NCBI GenBank assembly: GCA_963664875.1
Contig: OY761611.1
Coordinates: 224,001-288,000, forward strand
DNA from: Candidatus Kapaibacterium sp.
GTDB lineage: Bacteria > Bacteroidota > Ignavibacteria > Kapaibacteriales > UBA2268
Direction of reading: 5' to 3'
DNA length: 64,000 nt
Shown: positions 49,140-59,163 of the stretch, in pieces
How positions within the stretch are numbered: position 1 is the stretch's first letter
Layout of the letters: each line of letters starts with the position of its first letter
Translations under genes and position numbers: made by a program
Notes under the pieces: model-generated
Databases searched by the model: none
The model's input: only the letters and a program-made list of their open reading frames with translations
Told to the model about the DNA's origin: nothing

Positions 49140-50435
49140 ATGAAAATACTTCTATCTATATTATTCTTTTTTGTGCCTGCCTGCGTTTTGCAGTCTCAGG
49201 TGCTGAAGAGTATTCATGTGGAAGAACATGATAAGTATAGATATCAAGATAAACCAATATCTAAATCTCAATCCAAGTATAAGATTGATTTGCGTAATAC
49301 ACTTAACAGCAATAAGTTAGATAAAAAGTTTGTCGGATTTCATGCTTATTGGGCAGGAGAGAAATATCTCAATTATCGCTATGATTTACTTAGTGATTTA
49401 ATTTATTTTGGATTTGAAATTGATTCTCAAGATGGCTCCATAGCCAATTCTCGTGATTTCTTAAATCATCCGATTTCTGACTTATGCTTTTCTTCAAATA
49501 CAAAACTTCACGTTGCAATTATCCTCTTTGGCAGCGATCAAATCAAATCTTTCTTAGCTGACGATATAAAAATATCCAATTTTAGACAGCAACTCCATTA
49601 TTATAAGAATCAAAAACACTTTGATGGAATAAATATTGACTTTGAGACTCTTCCGGCTGAAAGCTCAACGGATTTTGTTTCTTTTATAACACAACTCAAA
49701 TCTGAATTTCCTAATACTATTATTTCCATAGATATACCTGCGGTTGATTGGAATAGTGCATATAATTTCGATGAACTAAATGATTTGTGCGACTTTTTCT
49801 TTCTAATGGGATATGATTATTACTGGAGTGGTTCAGAAAATGCAGGTCCTGTAAGCCCTTTGTTCGGGGCTGGTCTTAATATTGATAATAGTATTGTACG
49901 ATATCAAAACAAAGGAATAGATAAGCATAAAATTGTGCTTGGTTTGCCATGGTATGGAAGATCATGGGAAGTCGAAGATTCTTCTTATCAATCAAAAGTA
50001 ATTGGCAAATCAGCAGCTTACAGCTATGATTATATTATGGATTTGGGATTATCTTCACATTATGATATGACTTATTCATCTAATCAGATTGTCTTTAAAG
50101 ACGCAGATGCATATAATGAAATATGGTTCGATGATTCGTTGGCATTTTCGAGTAAAATACAATATTCCATAACTAATAATCTTTTAGGCTCAGGAGTTTG
50201 GGCTTTGCACTATCAGTCAATTCAATCCAAACTTTGGACAGCAATTGAAAATATATATGTAAATGTTTCTGTAAATGATGAAACTCAAGAAAAATTTGAA
50301 CCTATCAACATAGAATATTATGATGTATTAGGTAATGAAATTATAAATGTTGAAATGTATTCAAACACGCTATTCTTTCGGGTAGAAATTGATTCACAAA
50401 ACAGAAGAAGGGTGAAGGGGATATACAAAAATTAG
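49140..50435 (+). CDS. Secreted GH18 glycoside hydrolase with degenerate C-terminal sorting-like tail
   Basis: Signal peptide, FDGINIDFE, MGYDY, LGLPWYGR, G.GVWAL; tail YYDVLG. Confidence 0.85.
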   Translation: MKILLSILFFFVPACVLQSQVLKSIHVEEHDKYRYQDKPISKSQSKYKIDLRNTLNSNKLDKKFVGFHAYWAGEKYLNYRYDLLSDLIYFGFEIDSQDGSIANSRDFLNHPISDLCFSSNTKLHVAIILFGSDQIKSFLADDIKISNFRQQLHYYKNQKHFDGINIDFETLPAESSTDFVSFITQLKSEFPNTIISIDIPAVDWNSAYNFDELNDLCDFFFLMGYDYYWSGSENAGPVSPLFGAGLNIDNSIVRYQNKGIDKHKIVLGLPWYGRSWEVEDSSYQSKVIGKSAAYSYDYIMDLGLSSHYDMTYSSNQIVFKDADAYNEIWFDDSLAFSSKIQYSITNNLLGSGVWALHYQSIQSKLWTAIENIYVNVSVNDETQEKFEPINIEYYDVLGNEIINVEMYSNTLFFRVEIDSQNRRRVKGIYKN

Positions 50436-50588
50436 AAAATAACTAAGCATGGAATAAAAAAAGTTATCCACAATTATAAAATATTAACGTTTGCGTTGGT
50501 AAATTCGATAAATAGATTTATATTCGTGTTTGTCTTAATTGCAAATTAGAATAATTAATAAATATTAGCTTTTAAAACGGAGGTTTAA

Positions 50589-52709
50589 TTGAAAGGGAAT
50601 TTAGGAAGATTCGCCATAGTTGTGATACCAATCTTAGCTGCATTAGCATTATTGTATCCAACTTACAGATCTGCTTCGCTTAAAGATATGCAGGCAGAAG
50701 CCTACGCACGAGCTGCACAGGCACAGTCAATTGATGATTCTTTGGCTATTATTGACGAATTCAATAAAGAGCACAGAGAAGATTTGCAAAATGCAAATTC
50801 AGGTGCTTTAAAATTGGGTCTTGACCTTCAGGGTGGTATGTATGTTACACTTGAAGTTGATGTGCTTAAACTTATCGAAGAAGCAGCAATCAGAGACGCT
50901 GTCGATGAAACATTTATGGAAGTAATCGAGAAAACACGCAAAGAGTTGTTAGAAAGCGATGAAGCTACTCTTGAGGTTTTTCTTAGAAACTTTGATGCTG
51001 TTAAAGATGAACGTGGTGTTTCGCTATTAAATTATTTTGATGTCGGCGATATCAAAGATGCTTCTCGCGAAAAAATAATCGAAAAATTAGAACTTAATGC
51101 TACTCAGGCTGTAGATCAAGCGTTAGAAGTTATTCGCCAACGTATAGATACTTACGGTGTAACTGAGCCAAATATCCAAAAACAAGGTAACAGAAGAATT
51201 ATTCTTGAGTTGCCGGGTGTAAAAGACGAAGCTGAAGTTAGATCTCTATTGGAAACAACTGCTCGTCTTGAGTTCAAACTTCTTAGAAATAATTCTAAAA
51301 TCGTAAGAGCATTCCAAAAAATAGACAAAATGCTTTACGAGCAAAATTTAAGAAGAAAAGGTATCGAAGTTAAAGAAGAAACAGAAGAGGTAGCTGTTGC
51401 TGCAGACTCTACTAATACTCAAAACACTTCAGACACTACAAATGTTGCAGCAAATGAAACAGCAACAGACACAACAAACGTAGCTGCAAACGACACTGCT
51501 GCTAACAAAACTGAAGACACTGCTACAAAAGACAACCCTTATGCCGGAATGTCTGACAGTGAAGCTCAAAAAGCATATAAAGAGAAACATCCGTTTACCT
51601 CGTTATTTGCAACTTATGCAATCGTAAATAATCAATATCAGCCTTTGTCTTATGATATAGAATCAATTCCTGATATCGATTATGCGTTTATGATTTTGAA
51701 AGAGCAAATTGAGTTATTCAACTCTTATTTATCAAGACCGGCTGTAAAAGCATTGATTCCTTCAGATTTGGAAGTTGCAATTGATGCTAAACCGGACGAA
51801 AGAGCATTGAAAAACAGCAATATTGAGTCTTACAATTTCTACTCTTTGAAACGAGATGCTGAATTAACCGGTGAAGTTATCACAAATGCTTTTGCTAACT
51901 TTGATCAAATGAAAAATCAACCTATAGTTAATATGCAAATGAACTCTGAAGGAGCTGAAAAATGGGCTCGAATCACAGGTGCCAATGTTGGTAAACGTAT
52001 TGCAGTAGTACTTGACGGAAGAGTTTATACTGCTCCAAACGTTAATCAAAAAATAACTGGTGGTGGTTCTGTCATTGAAGGTATGGCTGATATTCAAGAA
52101 GCAAGATTGCTTGAAATTATCCTTAAAGCCGGTGCACTAAAAGCTCCTGTTCAGATAGTTGAAGAAAGAGTTGTGGGACCTTCTCTTGGTGAAGATTCTA
52201 TCTCAAGCGGTATCAATGCCACTATGTTAGCAGTAGCTTTAGTAATTATCTTTATGATTATGTATTACAATATTGGTGGTTTCGTAGCCGATTTTGCAGT
52301 ATTGCTAAACGTAACTATGATTATTTCAGTACTTGCTGCTTTTGGCGGTACACTTACTTTACCTGGTATTGCAGGTATTATCCTTACGATTGGTATGGCT
52401 GTGGATGCGAACGTTCTTATCTTCGAACGCGTAAGAGAAGAATTGAAAAAAGGAAGATCAATCAAATCAGCAATTGACGAAGGTTTCCAAAAAGCATTAA
52501 GTGCGATTCTTGACTCTAACATTACTACGTTCATCACTGGTCTTATTTTGTTCTACCTTGGCAGTGGTCCAATCAAAGGTTTTGCAATGACTTTGATGAT
52601 TGGTATCATAGGTACTTTGTTCACAGGTATTGTTGTAACAAGAAAAGTAATCGAAATCATGCTTGGCGATAAATCTAACTTTAACTTTGGTCAATCCAAA
52701 AACGCATAA
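50589..52709 (+). CDS. secD: Protein translocase subunit SecD
   Basis: KLGLDLQGG, GVTEP.I, VGPSLG, LTLPGIAG, GMAVDANVLIFER. Confidence 0.97.
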   Translation: MKGNLGRFAIVVIPILAALALLYPTYRSASLKDMQAEAYARAAQAQSIDDSLAIIDEFNKEHREDLQNANSGALKLGLDLQGGMYVTLEVDVLKLIEEAAIRDAVDETFMEVIEKTRKELLESDEATLEVFLRNFDAVKDERGVSLLNYFDVGDIKDASREKIIEKLELNATQAVDQALEVIRQRIDTYGVTEPNIQKQGNRRIILELPGVKDEAEVRSLLETTARLEFKLLRNNSKIVRAFQKIDKMLYEQNLRRKGIEVKEETEEVAVAADSTNTQNTSDTTNVAANETATDTTNVAANDTAANKTEDTATKDNPYAGMSDSEAQKAYKEKHPFTSLFATYAIVNNQYQPLSYDIESIPDIDYAFMILKEQIELFNSYLSRPAVKALIPSDLEVAIDAKPDERALKNSNIESYNFYSLKRDAELTGEVITNAFANFDQMKNQPIVNMQMNSEGAEKWARITGANVGKRIAVVLDGRVYTAPNVNQKITGGGSVIEGMADIQEARLLEIILKAGALKAPVQIVEERVVGPSLGEDSISSGINATMLAVALVIIFMIMYYNIGGFVADFAVLLNVTMIISVLAAFGGTLTLPGIAGIILTIGMAVDANVLIFERVREELKKGRSIKSAIDEGFQKALSAILDSNITTFITGLILFYLGSGPIKGFAMTLMIGIIGTLFTGIVVTRKVIEIMLGDKSNFNFGQSKNA

Positions 52710-52753
52710 GCATTATAATATTAAGAAACGAAATAATCTTAGAGGATAATAAA

Positions 52754-53695
52754 ATGCAATTTTTTGATAAAACTAATATAGACTTTGTGGGCAAGAGAAG
52801 TTTATTCTTTGTTGTCTCTTCAGTTGTAATAGTATTAGGTCTTGTCGGTACTTTACTTTTAGGAGTTTCCTATGGTATCGATTTTGACGGCGGTACTGAG
52901 ATAGGTATCGGTTTCTCAGGACAAGTTGAAACTAACGAACTGCGTGCTACGGTAGAAAAAGCAGGATTCCAAGGGGCGGAGATTAAATCTTTTGGTAAAG
53001 AAAATCAATTCCTTATCCGTGTTAAAGAGTCAGCAGATGCTCCTAAAATTATTCAACAAGCTTTGGAAACTAAGTATTCCAGCTTGCAGGTAGAAACACT
53101 AAAAGTGGATAAAATCGGTCCTAAAATCGGTAAAGAATCGAGAACAGACGCACTTTTTGCAGTTGTTCTTTCTGTTATCGCAATTCTGCTTTATGTAGGT
53201 TTCCGTTTCGAATTCTCTTATGGCTTAGGAGCGATTGTTGCGTTAGCACACGACGTTCTTGTAACATTTGCAGTAATCGTGATTGTAAATAAAACAGGTC
53301 TTATCAACCTTGAAATCAATCAGACTATATTGGCAGGTATGCTTACTGTAGTGGGTTTTTCAATCAACGATACGGTTATTATTTTTGACAGGATTCGTGA
53401 AAATAAAGAAAAACTTAGAGGTAAAAAGTTTACCGATTTGGTAAATGCTTCTATTAACGAAACACTTAGCCGTACAATCAATACAGTTCTAACAACAGCT
53501 TTAGTGCTTTTGGCACTTGTTCTATTTGGCGGCCCTGTATTGGAAGGTTTTGCATTTACTATGCTTATCGGTATTATTACAGGTACTTACTCTTCAATCT
53601 ATATAGCTTCTTCCTTTGTTATTTGGTATTTAGTACGAAACAACAAAATAGATGCAGAAACAGGATTGTTGAAAAAAGAAGCAACAGCACAGTAG
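52754..53695 (+). CDS. secF: Protein translocase subunit SecF
   Basis: GIDFDGGT, HDV, GFSINDTVIIFDRIRE, TLSRT. Confidence 0.97.
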   Translation: MQFFDKTNIDFVGKRSLFFVVSSVVIVLGLVGTLLLGVSYGIDFDGGTEIGIGFSGQVETNELRATVEKAGFQGAEIKSFGKENQFLIRVKESADAPKIIQQALETKYSSLQVETLKVDKIGPKIGKESRTDALFAVVLSVIAILLYVGFRFEFSYGLGAIVALAHDVLVTFAVIVIVNKTGLINLEINQTILAGMLTVVGFSINDTVIIFDRIRENKEKLRGKKFTDLVNASINETLSRTINTVLTTALVLLALVLFGGPVLEGFAFTMLIGIITGTYSSIYIASSFVIWYLVRNNKIDAETGLLKKEATAQ

Positions 53696-53751
53696 TAAAT
53701 GACAGAAATTTTTGCTATTATTGAAATAAAGAAACAAAGCAGTTATCTTAA

Positions 53752-54114
53752 ATGAGAAAGCAAGAAACATACAAATACGAAATCACAGAAAGTAATGGTT
53801 GCAAATACGCTGTTTTAAAAATGAACAGTGAAGCTCTTGGTGGTAATGATGCCTTAGAGTTTACTTCAACCTTACAAAAATTGGCAGATGAAAATCTTTG
53901 CTGTATAGTTATTGATATGCAATATTTGCAAATAATCAATAGCTCAGGTTTAGGTATGCTGGTCAGCAGTCTAAGTACTTTGAAACAAAAAGGTATAAAA
54001 CTGTCTTTGGCGGCAGTGCCTGATAAAGTAAGCAAACTATTAAATATGACCCATTTGGATAAAGTATTCAATATTTGTGAAGACTTAGAAAGTGCATTGA
54101 TTTTCTGCAAGTAA
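53752..54114 (+). CDS. STAS domain anti-sigma factor antagonist
   Basis: INSSGLGML phospho-Ser motif. Confidence 0.88.
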   Translation: MRKQETYKYEITESNGCKYAVLKMNSEALGGNDALEFTSTLQKLADENLCCIVIDMQYLQIINSSGLGMLVSSLSTLKQKGIKLSLAAVPDKVSKLLNMTHLDKVFNICEDLESALIFCK

Positions 54115-54145
54115 ATTTGAGGTCTTAATGCCTCAGGAAATGTCT

Positions 54146-55497
<1,352 letters not shown>

Positions 55498-55526
55498 AAA
55501 ATAACAAAATAAAATATCATACGTCC

Positions 55527-55556
55527 AAAAAAGCAACCCTTCAGGTTGCTTTTTTT
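55527..55556. terminator. Intrinsic terminator after purA
   Basis: AAAAAAGCAACC-CTTCA-GGTTGCTTTTTTT. Confidence 0.9.
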
Positions 55557-55578
55557 AGTTTAACCGAGTAGAAAAAAT

Positions 55579-56730
55579 ATGATAAATGAACTAAGAAAAT
55601 TCATTGCTCCTGAGTTCGTTTTTGGTGTAGGTGCTGCAAATTTAGTGGCTCAATATGCAAAGAACTACAGCGTTACAAAAGCATTGATAGTAACTGATAA
55701 GAATATTGCACGCGTAGGTTTGTTAGGAAAGATAACTGACTTATTAGAATCTGATAATATAAATTATGCAATATTTGATAATATAAGCCCTAATCCAAGA
55801 GATTATGAAGTTCACGAAGGGGCTGAGTTTTATCTATCTGAAGATTGTAACATTATTATAGCTGTAGGTGGAGGTAGTGTTTTAGATGCCGCAAAAGGCA
55901 TAGGAATGGTATCGCAACATGGTATTAACATTTTAGATTTTGAAGGTGTAGATAAAGTAGAATATGCAATTCCTCCACTCATTTGCATACCTACAACCTC
56001 CGGAAGTTCCGCTGATGTTTCGCAATTTGCAATCATAAATGATACTGAAAGAAAAATCAAAATTGCAATCATCAGTAGAATGATTGTGCCTGACATAGCA
56101 CTTATTGACCCAACTACTTTGCTGACTATGGATAATTATCTCACTGCCTGCACTTCAGTTGATGCTCTTGTTCATGCTGTAGAGGCTTATGTTTCTACTG
56201 CATCTTCACCAACTACCGATCTTGTGGCAGAGAATGCAATTGAAAAAATTGTGAAGTATTTACCACTGACCTTGGCAAATCCCAAGGAGATAGAATTTCG
56301 TTATGAATTGATGCTTGCAAGTTTGCATGCCGGATTAGCATTTTCAAATGCAAGTTTGGGAAATGTCCATGCTATGGCGCATAGCCTTGGAGGATTTAAA
56401 GACTTACCGCATGGAGAATGCAACGCAATGCTATTGCCTGCAGTAATAAATTATAATTACGAAACGCAATCTCAAAAATATGATAAAATTGCTCAAATCA
56501 TGGGACTGCATTTATCAAAAGATAGAAGTCTAAATAAAAAAATGCTGTTGGAACGAGTATCTGCATTTATCAACGTATCAGGAATAGATAGTACGCTAAA
56601 AGACAGAGGAATATCATATTCTGATTTGTCGTATTTAGCTGATGCTGCCTTCAACGATCCGTGCTCAGTTACCAATCCAAGAGAATCATCTGTTGAAGAT
56701 ATTAAAGTGATATATGAAGAAGCATTATAA
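55579..56730 (+). CDS. Iron-containing alcohol dehydrogenase, ErcA-like
   Basis: ELRKFIAPEFVFG N-terminus, GGGS..D.AK, PTTSGS, DALVH, HAMAH, LPHG. Confidence 0.85.
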   Translation: MINELRKFIAPEFVFGVGAANLVAQYAKNYSVTKALIVTDKNIARVGLLGKITDLLESDNINYAIFDNISPNPRDYEVHEGAEFYLSEDCNIIIAVGGGSVLDAAKGIGMVSQHGINILDFEGVDKVEYAIPPLICIPTTSGSSADVSQFAIINDTERKIKIAIISRMIVPDIALIDPTTLLTMDNYLTACTSVDALVHAVEAYVSTASSPTTDLVAENAIEKIVKYLPLTLANPKEIEFRYELMLASLHAGLAFSNASLGNVHAMAHSLGGFKDLPHGECNAMLLPAVINYNYETQSQKYDKIAQIMGLHLSKDRSLNKKMLLERVSAFINVSGIDSTLKDRGISYSDLSYLADAAFNDPCSVTNPRESSVEDIKVIYEEAL

Positions 56731-57925
56731 TACGAATGATAAAGAAGAACTTAGAAAAAAGATAATGGGTTTCGGAGAAAAATCTGTTAGAAAAAACTTT
56801 TTTCCTGATTTGCAGAATAAAACAGAAGAACACAAGCACGGTTTGAAATTATTAAATCAAATCAGTGACTCTATATGCTTTTTCGATGTGGATACTTTCC
56901 AGATTATTGATTATAATCTTTCTTTTGCTGATGTTTTTTCTAATGCTGAAATATCAGTCAAAGGTATGATGTTTACCAGCATTTTGTGTGAGGATGATAA
57001 ACAACTTGTAAAAAATACTTTAGAAAATATAAAAAACGGTAAAGTTGAAAAATCTATCAAGGTATTAAACTACCGCAATAACTTTCACAAAGAAAAGATG
57101 ATAGGTGAAACTTCATTCTCTCTAAGTAAGATCGGAGATTCCCATTTTTATATTGCTTTAATTAGAGACATCACCGAGCGGATTGAAGCAGAAAAAAAGC
57201 TCAAAGAATTGAATAATGAACTTGAAAGAAAAATCGAAGAGAGAACTGAAAAACTTAAAGAGATAAATTCTGAATTGCAGCAGTTTGCCTATGTTGTATC
57301 TCATGATTTGAAAGCTCCATTAAGAGGTATTTCTCAGATTGCATACTGGCTTAAAAATGATTACTTAGATAAATTGGATACGGACGGAGTCGATTTGCTA
57401 GAAATGCTTATCCAAAGAGTTAATATCTTAGATGAGCTTATTGCCGGAATTCTCCAATACTCAAGAGTAGGTAGAACTGAAGCAGACAAAGAACTAATCG
57501 ATCTTACTGAGCTGCTCGATGAAGTTTATACTTTTTTTTCAACATCAGAGAATTTCGAACTAAAGTATCAACTCGATAACAACTTTATAATTGCTCATAA
57601 AGTTCGTTTAGAACAAGTTTTACAGAACTTGATTGATAATGCGATTCGTTACAACGACAAAGAAAAGACTATCGTTTCAGTAGAATCGTATGATATGGGG
57701 GATAGCTGGAAAATTATTGTAAGAGATAATGGACCGGGTATTGCAAAAAAATATCACGATAAAGTATTTCAAATATTTCAGACATTGCAACCAAAAGATT
57801 CTCAGAGTACAGGCATTGGGCTTGCTCTGATAAAAAAAATTATTGAAATGTACAATGGTTCAATCTTTATAGACTCAGAAGCAGGCAAAGGTACTGCTTT
57901 TATAATTAATATACCCAAAAGTTAA
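56714..57925 (+). CDS. Cytoplasmic PAS histidine kinase with ErcS-like N-terminus
   Basis: IMGFGEKSVRKNFFPDLQ N-terminal peptide, PAS ending RDITER, SHDLKAPLR, NAIRY, DNGPG, GIGL. Confidence 0.9.
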   Translation: MKKHYNTNDKEELRKKIMGFGEKSVRKNFFPDLQNKTEEHKHGLKLLNQISDSICFFDVDTFQIIDYNLSFADVFSNAEISVKGMMFTSILCEDDKQLVKNTLENIKNGKVEKSIKVLNYRNNFHKEKMIGETSFSLSKIGDSHFYIALIRDITERIEAEKKLKELNNELERKIEERTEKLKEINSELQQFAYVVSHDLKAPLRGISQIAYWLKNDYLDKLDTDGVDLLEMLIQRVNILDELIAGILQYSRVGRTEADKELIDLTELLDEVYTFFSTSENFELKYQLDNNFIIAHKVRLEQVLQNLIDNAIRYNDKEKTIVSVESYDMGDSWKIIVRDNGPGIAKKYHDKVFQIFQTLQPKDSQSTGIGLALIKKIIEMYNGSIFIDSEAGKGTAFIINIPKS

Positions 57926-58016
57926 TATTAAAACGAAAAATTGTAGAAATTAGCAAATAATTAACTATATCTATTCGTCGCTCTCTGATATGTGAACTAT
58001 AAAACCGGAGAGTAAT

Positions 58017-59156
58017 ATGCAATATTTTTTGACAGAAGAACAAAAAATGTTAAAAGAAATGGTTGATAAATTTGCTGAAGACAAAATCAAACCTCATGCC
58101 GCAGAAAACGAACGTAATCACTTATTCCCTAAAGATATAATAAACGAAGCCGGAGAGCTTGGTCTTATGGGTGTCGCTTATCCTACCGAATATGGTGGTT
58201 CAGGTATGGACTACATTTCTTATATGCTTACAATTGAATCAGTTTCAAGAGCTTGTGCTTCTACCGGCGTAATCATATCAGCACATTCTTCGTTAGTTTG
58301 TGACCCAATTTATAGATTTGGTACCGAAGAACAGAAAAATAAATATTTACCGGATTTGCTCTCCGGAAAAAAAATCGGCAGCTTCTCTTTGACTGAAGCC
58401 GGAGCCGGATCTGACGCCGGTGCCACTAAAACAACAGCCAAATTTGAAAACGGTAAATGGATTTTGAATGGATCGAAACTTTTTGCAACCAACGGCAAAG
58501 AAGCTGATGTTTTTGTGCTATTAGCTTCTACTGAACCGGAGAAAAAGACGAGAGGCGTTACAGCTTTCATTGTTGAGAAGGATACACCGGGATACAGTAT
58601 AGGTAAAGTCGAACGTAAATTGGGTATTAAATCTTCTTCAACAGCAGAAATAATATTAGATAACGTTGAAATACCTGCAGAGAATATGCTCGGAGAACTG
58701 AATAAAGGATTCAAAATTGCAATGGTTACATTAGATGGAGGTCGCCTTGGAATAGCTTCTCAAGCATTAGGGATTGCTCGTGCAGCCATTGAAGATGCAA
58801 TTAAGTATTCCAAAGAAAGAATACAATTCGATCAGCCGATAGCAAATTTTCAGGCAATACAATGGATGATTGCTGATATGTGGACAGAATACGAGGCAGC
58901 ATGGCTGCTTACCTATCGTGCTTCAAAGATGAAAGATTTAGGATTAGATTATGGACGCGAAGCCGCAATGGCAAAACTAAAAGCTTCGGAAGTGGCTATG
59001 TTTTGTGCGAATAAGGCTATCCAGATTCATGGAGGTTATGGATACACAGAAGATTTCAATGTAGAAAGATACTATAGAGATGCCAAGATAACTGAAATAT
59101 ACGAAGGTACAAGCGAAATACAGAGATTAGTAATTGCACGAAGCTTGTTGCAATAG
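58017..59156 (+). CDS. Short/branched-chain acyl-CoA dehydrogenase (butyryl-CoA dehydrogenase-like)
   Basis: LTEAGAGSDA, R.QFDQPI, QIHGGYGY, IYEGTSEIQR. Confidence 0.93.
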   Translation: MQYFLTEEQKMLKEMVDKFAEDKIKPHAAENERNHLFPKDIINEAGELGLMGVAYPTEYGGSGMDYISYMLTIESVSRACASTGVIISAHSSLVCDPIYRFGTEEQKNKYLPDLLSGKKIGSFSLTEAGAGSDAGATKTTAKFENGKWILNGSKLFATNGKEADVFVLLASTEPEKKTRGVTAFIVEKDTPGYSIGKVERKLGIKSSSTAEIILDNVEIPAENMLGELNKGFKIAMVTLDGGRLGIASQALGIARAAIEDAIKYSKERIQFDQPIANFQAIQWMIADMWTEYEAAWLLTYRASKMKDLGLDYGREAAMAKLKASEVAMFCANKAIQIHGGYGYTEDFNVERYYRDAKITEIYEGTSEIQRLVIARSLLQ

Positions 59157-59163
59157 GAGGTAA

